From positions 32,001 to 96,000 of the forward strand of contig JBIPSI010000014.1 in the NCBI GenBank assembly GCA_044070495.1: a stretch of DNA of 64,000 nt, given 5' to 3'. The position numbers were made by a program, and so were the translations under genes. The stretch's first letter is position 1, and every line of letters begins with the position of its first letter. Positions 37,663 to 47,340 of this stretch are shown one piece after another. Below the pieces are notes generated by a model. That model did no database searches. It was not told the origin of the DNA and saw only the letters and a list, made by a program, of their open reading frames with translations. The stretch is from Spirulina sp. GTDB taxonomy: Bacteria > Cyanobacteriota > Cyanobacteriia > Phormidesmidales > Phormidesmidaceae.

Positions 37663-40218
37663 TTATTCCTCTGGATTTGGGGCCAGGTTGGCTAAGCGCT
37701 CTACGGTGGTGCGCCAGGTGTCGATTAGGGCGGGTGTCCAGATCCAGCGCAGGCCGAGGACTCTGGGATCGAGGATGGTGGGGTCGAGGTTGATCGCCAT
37801 CAGCAGGTAGTCGTTGGCGCGGTTGAGGGCGGTTTGGCGTTCGGCGGGGTCGGGGGTTTGTTCGCCTCGGCGGGCGTAGGCCATGGTGAGGCCCGCGATG
37901 GCGTTGGTGGTAAAGGCGGAAGCTACCTGGGAAGGGCGGTCGGGGTTGCGATCCCGCAGTTGGGCTTGGTCGAGGCGGAGGGCGGTTTCCCAGGCTTCAA
38001 TGGCGAGGTCGTTGTCGGCCAGCACATAGTGGGCAAAGCCCAGGGCAACCCAGGCTTCTGGGAAGTCTTCCCTGGCTTGGATGGCTTGGCTCCAGGCGCG
38101 ACGGGCATCGTAGGGGGTGGCCCCTTGGTCGCCCAGGACGGCCTGCTGCCAGAGCAAGCGCCCCCGCACAAAGGCAAGATCCGCATCGAGCAATTGATCG
38201 GCATCGGCGGCAGCTAGCACCGATTGGGCGGCGGCCAGGTCGCCCTGATCCAGCAGTTGTTCGATGGATCGGCGGGCTTGGGCAGGGCGGTCGGTGGTGA
38301 GGAACTGAATCGCTTGCAGAACAATCACGCCATTGCCGCTACTGGAAATTGGCCCCTCGGTTAGGTTAGACGCATTGCCGTCGGTGGGCGGACGGGGGCT
38401 TTCCCAGTCGGGCGACAGGGGCGGACGGACGAGATTCCCTGGGTTGGGCCGCAGGGCTACTCCTAACGCTACGGCGGATCCAAAGGCCAGCACACCCGCC
38501 AAACCCCAGCGCCAGGGGGCAGGCACGGCCTCTAGGGCTTGGCGAAGGGGGGCGGCGGCTTCGGTGAGGACGGCAACCCAGGATTTGGCCTGGGGCGGAT
38601 GGGGGGGCACGGTGGATCCGCCCACCACCACGACGCGATGGGGGACGGGGGCATCCACGGGGGCATCCACGGGGGGAACAGGGGACGGGGCAACGGGATC
38701 GGTGGGGCGCTGGATGCTGGGATGGAGGGGATCGGGAGTAGGAGCCGTGAGTTGTTGGACGAGGTTGGCCACGGGATCTTCCTCTGGGGGAGGGGAGGTG
38801 TCCAAATCGGTCAGCCAGTCGCCAATCGCAGAGGATGAGGGCGGTGGCGTGGTGAGGGCGGCATGGCCAGAGAAGACCTCCTGAGCCAAGCTGGAGATAT
38901 CGGGATCGGTGCTGTAGTCGGGGGGGATGAGGCCGGAATCGAGGTCAATTTCCTCTAGATTCAGGGTTTCCAGCAGATCCTCGGCGTGGGCTTCTGGGGC
39001 GGCGAAGAGGTAGCCATCAAAGCCGGGCCGCAGGTAGAGGATGGGCAGCATCCAGAGGGGTTGGCGGGAACCATGGGCGGCCATCAACCCCTGGCGCACC
39101 CGACTGAGGCAGACATCCGCCGGATAGCCCTGGCGCAGGTTGCGGTAGAGCAGTTGGGTAAAGGTGATGGCCACATCGTCGGGGATGCGGTCGGCCATGG
39201 CAATGACGCCGGGAACACCCCTGGCCACTAGGGCCTGCACTAGGTTTTGCAAGCGCCAGTCGGAGGTGGCGTCGGGGTTGGGGGTGTAGGCTCCGCGACA
39301 GGAGTTGAACACGGCCAGCCAAATGCCATTATTCACCAACAGGCCCGCCAGTTCCTTGCCACTGAGGCTTTCGGTGAGGCCGTTGTGGCGGTTGACCAAA
39401 AATAGATCGCCGCCGCTGCCGCTGGGATCTCGGTCGTTGGGGCCTTGGTCAAAGCTGGCGTCGCTGTGGCCTGCGTAGTGCAACACCTGAAAATTTCCCT
39501 GTTCGAGGGCCTGCACCAGTTCGGCCCGACCGGGTTGTTCCAGTAAGGTGATCTGAATATCGAGGGGTTGCCGCAGGCGGACGCTGGGATGGGCCACGGG
39601 GCTGGGGCGGCTGGGGGGCGAGGCCAGATCGGCCATCAGGGGCTTGATTTCGCGGGTGAGGGATAGGCGGTGCTGGTCGCTGGGGGCTGAGACCACCATC
39701 AGCACGCGCAGGGGTTCGGGGGCAGGGGCCAGGGGCGGCAGGGTGGCCAAATCGACGGTGTTGGGGCCTTGGTAATAGCGACAAAGGGTGATATCCATGC
39801 CCGTTGCCAGGGGCCGATCCTCGCCGTAGAGCAGTTCCCAGGGTAGGCTTTGCAGACGGCTATCCTTGAACCCCAGACGCAGGCGCAGGGGTTGCTGAAG
39901 GTGTTGGGCCACCCCCTGGGCGGCCACCCAGCTATCGCGAATGCGCCCCTGAAAGAGGTGTTGATAGAGATCCTGCCCTAGGTGAATGGCGATCTCCGAT
40001 TCCGAACCTTGGGATCCCCTATCACCGGGGGAAGCATCGCTCAAAAGCTGGTGTAGCGGGTCTTGCAGGAGAGCTTCGGCCTGGGCCAGCCAGTCGGCCA
40101 CGGGCCAAGTTACCTGGGTTTCGGCCAGGGGCACCCCCGCCGCCACAGCCTCCGTGCGCAGCAGATAGGTATCCTGACCCGTTACGGGGGTAATGGAGAT
40201 GTGAAACTCTTGAATCAC
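37663..40218 (-). CDS. hetF: HetF-like CHAT (caspase-family) protease with TM helix and C-terminal TPR
   Basis: QEFHISITPV...YLLRTEAVAAGVPLAE...WPV N-terminus; LPWELL, VLHYAGHS (His), VFNSC (Cys), VIAMADRIPDDVA. Confidence 0.88.
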   Translation of the reverse strand: MIQEFHISITPVTGQDTYLLRTEAVAAGVPLAETQVTWPVADWLAQAEALLQDPLHQLLSDASPGDRGSQGSESEIAIHLGQDLYQHLFQGRIRDSWVAAQGVAQHLQQPLRLRLGFKDSRLQSLPWELLYGEDRPLATGMDITLCRYYQGPNTVDLATLPPLAPAPEPLRVLMVVSAPSDQHRLSLTREIKPLMADLASPPSRPSPVAHPSVRLRQPLDIQITLLEQPGRAELVQALEQGNFQVLHYAGHSDASFDQGPNDRDPSGSGGDLFLVNRHNGLTESLSGKELAGLLVNNGIWLAVFNSCRGAYTPNPDATSDWRLQNLVQALVARGVPGVIAMADRIPDDVAITFTQLLYRNLRQGYPADVCLSRVRQGLMAAHGSRQPLWMLPILYLRPGFDGYLFAAPEAHAEDLLETLNLEEIDLDSGLIPPDYSTDPDISSLAQEVFSGHAALTTPPPSSSAIGDWLTDLDTSPPPEEDPVANLVQQLTAPTPDPLHPSIQRPTDPVAPSPVPPVDAPVDAPVPHRVVVVGGSTVPPHPPQAKSWVAVLTEAAAPLRQALEAVPAPWRWGLAGVLAFGSAVALGVALRPNPGNLVRPPLSPDWESPRPPTDGNASNLTEGPISSSGNGVIVLQAIQFLTTDRPAQARRSIEQLLDQGDLAAAQSVLAAADADQLLDADLAFVRGRLLWQQAVLGDQGATPYDARRAWSQAIQAREDFPEAWVALGFAHYVLADNDLAIEAWETALRLDQAQLRDRNPDRPSQVASAFTTNAIAGLTMAYARRGEQTPDPAERQTALNRANDYLLMAINLDPTILDPRVLGLRWIWTPALIDTWRTTVERLANLAPNPEE

Positions 40219-40411
40219 CAGTGCCGACTCTTAATAAAGGCTTGCAAACCCCAGGCAGGGCCGCAAGGGACAGGTATTATGTGGATAATTTTCGCGCCCT
40301 AGCGGGCCATTTCCGGGAGTTCGACCTATTTTTTTACCCCGTCGCCGTTCCTATCCCCTCCAAGGTAAATCATCCTGTCCGATCCAGCGACTGCCGCAAT
40401 TTCCGCACCAT

Positions 40412-42550
40412 TTGGGCGGGCGTTGGGCGGCCCTATGCAGTGCGGCCCTAGTCGGTGCCCTGGGCTTTCCCCTAGGGACTGAAATGGCCGTTCAGGCCGC
40501 CATTGTTACTGTCGGGTTTGAAACCGATCTGGAGGCCGAATTCCCCTCCCCTCTATCCACCGAAGAACAGGATTGGCTAGAGATCCTGCAATCGGTACAG
40601 CAGCCGCAGATCCTCAGCGATCTTAGCCCCGACGGTACCACCCTCTTGGTGTCCGTGGCCCCTCGCCTCGGTGCCGATCCACCGATCCTCTATTTCCTTG
40701 ATCTAGAGACAGGAACCCTAACCGAAGCCTTGGATCTTCAGTACGAGGTGGCCAGCCCCACGGGGCTAGTGCGCTGGGTGGACAACGACACCCTACGCTT
40801 CGTGCAGCAGAATCCCTTTGGGGCGTGGGAGATTGTCACCCTCAATCGCACTACAGGCATTGTGTCGCGCACCCAGGTCTCTCCCACGGGCGAGGAAGCG
40901 GGGGAAATTCTGGGGGTCTCCCCCGACTTTTCTAAGCTGGCTGTCCGGGTCTACGAAGCGGATGAGGACGTGGTGTTCTTAGTCTTTCTGGATACTCTGC
41001 AACGGCTGGAAGTAGCCCGTTTGCCCCAGGATTTTGCCCTTCAGCCCCCTACCTGGTCGGCGGATGGTCAGCACATGGCCCTCGTCACCGCCGCCCTCGA
41101 TACCGACCGCATCTACGACCGCAGCCCCAATAGTCCGAACTGGGCCAGTGCGGTAGTACAGGACGCCCTAGGCCGCACGCCCCCCCAAGACAACCCCCTG
41201 CGCCAGCACAATGCGGTGCGCCTGTTTGACCTTTCCCAGGCCGAACCCCTGCGGGTTGAACTGCGGGCCGATGCTGGCAACGGCGATAGTTTTGCTGCCG
41301 CCAGCGTCAGCCCCGATGGCCGTCGTCTGTTGGTCAAACGCTACCGCCCCGCCCGTCTGGCTGGACGCCCCCACCCCACCTACCTGTTCCCCGATTCGGC
41401 CTACTACCAGGTCTACGACTCAGACGGCACCCTCCTCCACACCATCGATGCCCCTGCCCTGCAAGGCCCCCAGGAATCTGAGGGCTGGTTTTTGGGGCCA
41501 GATCGGCTGCTGTTTTGGGCGGCCCATGGCCACAATCGCCCCCTGTGGATTTACGACCTTACCCAGCGACGACTCCAGCCCATTCCCCTGCCCCCAGGTT
41601 CTGTGGATCCAACCGCCCTGGCCCTCAGTTCCGATGGCGACACGGTGATTTACGGTTTTTCCTCCGTCACCCAGCCCCCAGAACTCTTTCGCTTCCAGGC
41701 TGGCGATTCGGCCTCACCCAGCGCCATCACCGACATCAACGCCGACCTCCAGACCGTCAATCGGGTGCAGTATCAGCCCATTCAGTTCACTACCGCACAG
41801 GGGCTACGGCGCGGCTTTTTGGTGCAGCCAGCGGGGCAAGCCTTTCCGCCCCAGGGGGTGCCCCTAGTGTTTTGGCAGGAGGGTGGCCCAGGGTTTTCCA
41901 TGGCCAATGAGTTTGCAACGGAGGTCGAGGCTCCCCTGAATTTGTTGCCCAACTTTGGCGTTGCCGTGTTGGTCGTCCCCCTCACCGGGCGCGAGGGTTT
42001 TGGCCCCGCCTTCTACCGCGCCCAGGCCGAGGGGCAAAACTTTGGCCGCATTGACCTAGCCGAGGGCCGCGATATTGTGCAGCAGGTGGTGCAGCAGGGC
42101 TGGGCCAAGGCGAGCCAAATCGGCGTTAGCGGCTGTTCCTACGGGGGCTACTTTGCCGCTCAAAGCCTGCGCCAGTTTCCCGGTCTGTTTGCCGCCGCCA
42201 ACCCCCAGTGCTCCCTGCTCGATACCCTGACCGAATGGCAACTGGGCTATTCCGCCCTGCTCTCCTACCTGGTGGGGCAAGCGCCGATGGAAGATCCCGC
42301 CGCCTATACCGCCATTTCTCCCCTCTACGGAGCCACCCAGATTACTACCCCCACCCTGATGTTCCACGGCAGCGAAGACTTCCTACAGATTGACGTGGCT
42401 CGCAATTTCCACGACATGCTAGAAGCCGCCGGAGCCCCCGTCACCCTCTACGAATTTGAAAACACGGGCCACGGCATTGCCGATCCTCAGTTTCAGGCCC
42501 TCGCCGCCCAGATGCAAATTCAGTTTTTCCGCCAGTACCTCACCCCCTAG
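40412..42550 (+). CDS. S9 family peptidase (beta-propeller plus alpha/beta hydrolase), probably exported
   Basis: SPDG propeller repeats, EGGP, GCSYGG nucleophile, FHGSED, GHGI; start uncertain. Confidence 0.88.
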   Translation: MGGRWAALCSAALVGALGFPLGTEMAVQAAIVTVGFETDLEAEFPSPLSTEEQDWLEILQSVQQPQILSDLSPDGTTLLVSVAPRLGADPPILYFLDLETGTLTEALDLQYEVASPTGLVRWVDNDTLRFVQQNPFGAWEIVTLNRTTGIVSRTQVSPTGEEAGEILGVSPDFSKLAVRVYEADEDVVFLVFLDTLQRLEVARLPQDFALQPPTWSADGQHMALVTAALDTDRIYDRSPNSPNWASAVVQDALGRTPPQDNPLRQHNAVRLFDLSQAEPLRVELRADAGNGDSFAAASVSPDGRRLLVKRYRPARLAGRPHPTYLFPDSAYYQVYDSDGTLLHTIDAPALQGPQESEGWFLGPDRLLFWAAHGHNRPLWIYDLTQRRLQPIPLPPGSVDPTALALSSDGDTVIYGFSSVTQPPELFRFQAGDSASPSAITDINADLQTVNRVQYQPIQFTTAQGLRRGFLVQPAGQAFPPQGVPLVFWQEGGPGFSMANEFATEVEAPLNLLPNFGVAVLVVPLTGREGFGPAFYRAQAEGQNFGRIDLAEGRDIVQQVVQQGWAKASQIGVSGCSYGGYFAAQSLRQFPGLFAAANPQCSLLDTLTEWQLGYSALLSYLVGQAPMEDPAAYTAISPLYGATQITTPTLMFHGSEDFLQIDVARNFHDMLEAAGAPVTLYEFENTGHGIADPQFQALAAQMQIQFFRQYLTP

Positions 42551-42585
42551 CCCACCCGCCCCCCTAGGAGTCCAGGTCGCCCCTG

Positions 42586-45582
42586 TTATGAAGTCGGTGG
42601 ATCAATCACTTCCACTAGGCCGCTTTGGCCGTTGAGGCGCACCCACTGGCCATTGTGCAGGCGGTCGGTGGCGTGGGCCACGTCCATCACCGCTGGGATG
42701 CCGTACTCGCGGGCGATGATGGCTCCGTGGGAAAGGCGACCCCCCACCTCGGCAATTAGCCCCTTGGCCCTGGCTAGCAGCGGTGTCCACCCGGCATCGG
42801 TGTAGGGCACGACTAGGATGAAGGGGACACTGCCCACCTCCACGGTTTCCAGGTGGGTCATCACCCGCACTGGGCCTTCTACCACCCCGGCACTGGCTCC
42901 AATGCCCTTCAATGCCTGCAATCCGTCTGCCTGAGGGGCTAGTAGCATGTGCTCTAGGACAGGGGGCTCGTGGCCAAACACCAGGTAGGGGATCTGTTGC
43001 CGCTGGCGATCCTGCTGAAACTGCTCTCGGCGGGTGCGGATGCGGGCGCGGAGGGCCTCCCAACTAGGGGGATGACTGGCCTGGAGGGTGGCCTGCATTT
43101 CCTCTAGGGTGAGAAAGAAAATATCCCCGGTTTCGGTGAGGTTTTCCGCCTGAATCCACTGACGTTCTAGGGCCAAAATGCTCCAGCGCAGTTCCGCCAG
43201 CAGCCGATTGTAGAGGGTGTTCACCTGGCCCTTGAGGTCGAACCGTCGCTGGGCCAAGTCCACCAGGGGGCCTTTCACCTTGCCGTTGCTAGTCCCCTTG
43301 CCGTTGCTAACGGAGTCTGGAACAGGCTTAGGCGGGGGCGGATGCAGCACAAACTGGGCCAGCAGTTCCCGCACGGGGGCGGGGTTTTCGTGCCAGGTAG
43401 CCACGGCAATGTCGGTGCCCACGGGGCTGAGGTAGCCGTATTCCTGGATGAAGTGGTTGAGCTGGGCCAGGATCATCTCGCCATCGGGGGTTTCTGCTAG
43501 GGCCGTCATTAGAGACGATCCGTTGGTGATGGTTTTGATCTGGGCGGCGGAGAAGATTTGGCGGGTTTCTTCGGCGAGGGTGCGCAGATCCTCCACCGCA
43601 GCCACCTCAGCATTTTGGCGGGCATCAAGGGCTTCCTCCGCCACCCCCATCACCGCCCGCCGCAGGGCAAAGCTGAGGGGAGCCATGATGTTGTAGTAGG
43701 TGACGTGGCGCAGCAGCACCAGCACGTCTTCGATGCGATCCAGTAGCTCCACAGGACTCAGGGTTTCGCGGCGCACCATGGTGAGGGCGTTGAGGCCAGC
43801 GGTGAACAGGGTGGAATTTTCCCGTTCAAAGTCCACGAGCAGACGGCGTTCCCGGTTCAGCAGCCGCAGCAGTCCCGGCAGAGCTTTCAGGGTAGCCCCT
43901 AGGGGCGGACGGCTAAATTTGGCCCCACGGGTGAGGAATTCCAGGCTCTCCGCCGGTAGGCCCATGCGCAGGAAGATTTCCCCCAGCAGGGTGGCATTGA
44001 AGTAGGCGTAGGCATGGTGCAGGGTAGCGGTTTCGGTGAAGTCCAAATCCTTCGCCTGGTTGCCCAGCACCACGGTAAAAATTTCCCCCCATACGCCGCA
44101 GGTCAGGGGGCGGTTAATCGACCAGGTGAGGGGCCGAATCGCGCCAGGGATGACCTCGGCAGCAATTTTGCGTGTCCACAGGGGCCGTAGGGTGGTGATG
44201 GGGCGGCTCTGCAACAGCCACAGGGTTTCGCCGTCGTAGGTCCATTCAATATCTTGGGGCACGCCTTGATAGCGGGCCTCTAGGTGACGGGCCAGGTAGG
44301 CGACCTGTTGCAGGAGACGGTCGGGGGTTTGGCCCTCGCCTTCCACGGTTAGGCTCAGGACAGCGGGCAATTGCCAACTGTCCTCTGGGGCCAGTTCTGT
44401 GGCCGAGGGGATGTCGTTGGGCTGCACCATCACCCGGTACTGCTCCGGCGTTTCTTGGCCAGAGACCACCCGATCCGCCCCACCGGGCAGGGCTTCGATC
44501 ACCACCGCATCGCCGCAGCGGGCAATGGGGTCGCGGCTAAAGGCCACCCCAGAAAATTGGCCAATCACCTGCTGCTGCACAATCACCGCCATGGCCCGCT
44601 CTGGCAGGTCGTTGTCCTGGCGATACTGCACGGCGCGGGGGCTGTTGTAGGTGGCAAAGCAGCGCACAATGGCCAGGGAAAGCGCTTCCTTGGTGGTGAT
44701 GTTCAGGTAAGACTCGTAGATCCCCGCCGCCGACACCAAGCCCGAATCCTCATCCTGGGCCGAAGATCGCACCACCACGGGCTGACGCGGCGAGGGATCG
44801 GTAATCTCCAGCAGCGCCGTCGGGTCATCCCCGGCCTGGAGCACATACCCAGGGGGGACAGGATAACCCCAGGCCCGTAGTTGCCCTAACGTAGCCGCCT
44901 TAGGGCCAAACTGGGTGGGGTCGAGGGGCTGATCCAGCGCCACCAGCCCCCGATCTCCCCGAAAAAAACGAAACATGGTACGAGACTCCAAACGTCCCCC
45001 CTCGGTGGGGAGGTCTAAATCATCGGGTAGCTTTTGGTAAATCCAGGCGATCAAACCACTCAGGCAGGCCACCGCCAACACCAAAGGGCCATCGCTGGGA
45101 TGGCGCAACGCTGTCAACATCGGCAGCAACACCAGCACCAACAGCCGCCCCTGTCGCCGCTCCCTAAAAATCGTAAACCCTAGGCCGCTAATCAACCCGG
45201 TCAGCAGCGACGTGACCCAATCGTGCACCACAAAGCCCCAGACCACGTTGGTGGTGCCCGCCCCCTTGGCAAACCAGTAGCGCCCCATCACCAGGCCAAT
45301 CAGCGCCAGAATCTCCCACACCGGGTCATTGGGGAAATAATGCCGCGCCAGCAGCACCACCGAGACACCCTTGGCCGCCTCCAGCAACACCGCCGTAATG
45401 CCCGCCACCTTGCCGCCGTGGTAAAACGCCGCCGACACCCCCACATTGCCCGTCCCCACCTGGGACAGTCGCTTTCCCGAAATCCACCGCGTCACCCAGC
45501 CCGTTAGCGGCAAACCACCCACCAGGGGGGATAACACAAAAATCAACAGCGCACCCCAAACCTGGGTGAGGGTCATGGCCAT
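42586..45582 (-). CDS. Fusion of a PlsY-like acyltransferase with PEP/pyruvate-binding (ATP-grasp) and phospho-His swivel domains
   Basis: TM-rich N-terminus with GTGNVG and LEAAKG; GPKAATL, VPPG, VRSSAQDED..SAAG, QDIEW, LLQSRPIT; C-terminal TDAGWTP..GGRLSHGAIIAREYGIPAV. Confidence 0.88.
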   Translation of the reverse strand: MAMTLTQVWGALLIFVLSPLVGGLPLTGWVTRWISGKRLSQVGTGNVGVSAAFYHGGKVAGITAVLLEAAKGVSVVLLARHYFPNDPVWEILALIGLVMGRYWFAKGAGTTNVVWGFVVHDWVTSLLTGLISGLGFTIFRERRQGRLLVLVLLPMLTALRHPSDGPLVLAVACLSGLIAWIYQKLPDDLDLPTEGGRLESRTMFRFFRGDRGLVALDQPLDPTQFGPKAATLGQLRAWGYPVPPGYVLQAGDDPTALLEITDPSPRQPVVVRSSAQDEDSGLVSAAGIYESYLNITTKEALSLAIVRCFATYNSPRAVQYRQDNDLPERAMAVIVQQQVIGQFSGVAFSRDPIARCGDAVVIEALPGGADRVVSGQETPEQYRVMVQPNDIPSATELAPEDSWQLPAVLSLTVEGEGQTPDRLLQQVAYLARHLEARYQGVPQDIEWTYDGETLWLLQSRPITTLRPLWTRKIAAEVIPGAIRPLTWSINRPLTCGVWGEIFTVVLGNQAKDLDFTETATLHHAYAYFNATLLGEIFLRMGLPAESLEFLTRGAKFSRPPLGATLKALPGLLRLLNRERRLLVDFERENSTLFTAGLNALTMVRRETLSPVELLDRIEDVLVLLRHVTYYNIMAPLSFALRRAVMGVAEEALDARQNAEVAAVEDLRTLAEETRQIFSAAQIKTITNGSSLMTALAETPDGEMILAQLNHFIQEYGYLSPVGTDIAVATWHENPAPVRELLAQFVLHPPPPKPVPDSVSNGKGTSNGKVKGPLVDLAQRRFDLKGQVNTLYNRLLAELRWSILALERQWIQAENLTETGDIFFLTLEEMQATLQASHPPSWEALRARIRTRREQFQQDRQRQQIPYLVFGHEPPVLEHMLLAPQADGLQALKGIGASAGVVEGPVRVMTHLETVEVGSVPFILVVPYTDAGWTPLLARAKGLIAEVGGRLSHGAIIAREYGIPAVMDVAHATDRLHNGQWVRLNGQSGLVEVIDPPTS

Positions 45583-45660
45583 GGCGTTAATTAGGCAGAG
45601 GGGCAGAACGCCTTTTGTTGGGGTTCACGTCCCAATTCTAAACCCCAGCCTCGCTGCCAG

Positions 45661-45903
45661 TCATACCAAACCCTGGTTGCTTACCCCCGATTCAAACGCT
45701 GATCCTGATCGGACTGAGCTGTGAGCCTGTCGAACCGTCGAAGCCTCAATTCGTTTAGAGGGCGTTTGAAAAGGGTTACCTCAGGTGCGATGGGCCGCTA
45801 GATCGGTGTAAATCTACAGGATTTTTGACAGCTGAGGCTGACTTTATCGGTATCACTTAGGACACACTCCGGCTTTTCAAACGTCCTCGTAGGGGATTTT
45901 CTA
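45661..45903. mobile_element. MITE family A copy interrupted by a family B MITE; right end lost
   Basis: tcataccaaa...gtcgaagcctcaattcgttta matches 21868-21966; after the insert, taggggattttcta continues the family A sequence. Confidence 0.7.
45758..45888. mobile_element. MITE family B, 131 bp
   Basis: GAGGGCGTTTGAAAAG...CTTTTCAAACGTCCTC; homologous to 22031-22161; flanked by TTA/GTA. Confidence 0.85.
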
Positions 45904-45949
45904 TGAAGTCATGGCTAGACGATAGCCCGGAATCACCAAACGGGACAAC

Positions 45950-45979
45950 AAAAAAGGGTCAGCCCTCGGCCAACCCTTT
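45950..45979 (-). terminator. Intrinsic terminator after psb35
   Basis: Stem aaagggtcagcc-ctc-ggccaacccttt with a U-tract on the minus strand. Confidence 0.6.
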
Positions 45980-46016
45980 GCCTTGTTGCATTTCCGCCGC
46001 GTCTTCCCGCTGCGCC

Positions 46017-46214
46017 CTAGGACTCATGGATATCCGGCACAATGTCGGGTTTTTCCTTGCCTTCCCAACCGGGCGGACGCTTGGAGTTGTACCAGGCCAC
46101 GGAGCCGATTAGGGTGGCCGCCGCAAAGCCTAGACCCACTAAAATCATCAGACTAGAGAGGTAGGGGGCGCTGTCAGACATTTGTAGAACGATGGCGTGA
46201 AACGGCAAAACCAT
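46017..46214 (-). CDS. psb35: Photosystem II assembly protein Psb35-like
   Basis: Single TM helix followed by IGSVAWYNSKRPPGWEGKEKPDIVP. Confidence 0.8.
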   Translation of the reverse strand: MVLPFHAIVLQMSDSAPYLSSLMILVGLGFAAATLIGSVAWYNSKRPPGWEGKEKPDIVPDIHES

Positions 46215-46363
46215 AACGGATAAAATCCAGTGATCAACAGCCCTACCTTAGGCGTTTAGCCTAGTTAAAACCTCTGCCGTTCTGACGAAATGCCCAAGGC
46301 CAGAGGTCTATCCCAGGGCAGACATGGAACCCTCAAGCCCGAACCCTCAAGCCCAACATCCCC

Positions 46364-47233
46364 CTAGGCTTTGCCGTTGATCAAGGCTTTGGAGAGACCG
46401 GAGAAGCGTTCCATGGCAATCATCAGCAGGGCGGTGAGGAAAATCAGCACCCCGGAGATGGCAGCGGCGCGGACATCCAGGTCATTTTCAATCATCGACC
46501 ACATGCGGATGGGCAGCATTTCGGTGCGGGCATCGGACAAAAACAGCGTCACCGCCACGTTGTCGAAGGAGGTGAGGAAGGCCATGAACGCGCCGATCAG
46601 CACCCCAGGCTTGATCAGGGGCAGGGTCACCTTAAAAAAAGTGTAGGCAGGGCTGGCCCCCAGGGCGCTGGAGGCTTCTTGGAGGGAAGACCCTAGCTGC
46701 GTCAAACTGGCCAGCACGTTGCGCACCACATAGGGGGTACAGATGACGATGTGGCCGATGATCAGGGTAAACAGCGACAGGCGAATGCCGACCATGGCAA
46801 AGAAGGACATCATCCCCAGACCGAGGGCCACACCGGGCAGGGCCAGGGGAGACATCACCAGGGCATCCATTACGGCGACCCAGCGGCCCCGGCTACTGAT
46901 CATCGCTAGACAGGCTAAAACCCCCAGCACCACGCAGGTAATGGCGGTGAAGAGGGCCACTTGGAAACTGTTGAGGGCGGCGGCGCGTAGTTCTGGAAAA
47001 CTAAACAGCGACAGATACCACTGCAAGGAAAATCCGGGCGGCGGAAACTCTAGAGAGGCCGAAGAACTGAAGGAGGCCAGCAGCACAATAATGGTGGGGG
47101 CCGTGAGCATAATTAGCCCCAAAATGGCGATGAGGGGCATGACCACCGCAAAGGAAATTTGATCCAGCTTGCGAAGGGAATAGGCGGAATCTTGGGGGAG
47201 TTGGGTGGAGGGGGTGAGGGAAGTTGAGGACAT
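46364..47233 (-). CDS. ABC transporter permease (PotC-like)
   Basis: FPPPGFSLQWY, EASSALGAS EAA loop, FLTSFDN, LPIRMW. Confidence 0.92.
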   Translation of the reverse strand: MSSTSLTPSTQLPQDSAYSLRKLDQISFAVVMPLIAILGLIMLTAPTIIVLLASFSSSASLEFPPPGFSLQWYLSLFSFPELRAAALNSFQVALFTAITCVVLGVLACLAMISSRGRWVAVMDALVMSPLALPGVALGLGMMSFFAMVGIRLSLFTLIIGHIVICTPYVVRNVLASLTQLGSSLQEASSALGASPAYTFFKVTLPLIKPGVLIGAFMAFLTSFDNVAVTLFLSDARTEMLPIRMWSMIENDLDVRAAAISGVLIFLTALLMIAMERFSGLSKALINGKA

Positions 47234-47340
47234 AGTGGCTTTTGGGAAATGGCTTTTGGGGAATGGCTTTTGGGGAATCTGAGTTTTAGGAATCTGAATT
47301 TTGGCGATGTCCTAGAGGGTAGAGCGCTACGAAGGTATCG

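Noticed and set aside
47236..47301. 14-bp tandem repeats between the permease genes
   Set aside because: Ordinary cyanobacterial intergenic short repeats with no evidence of function
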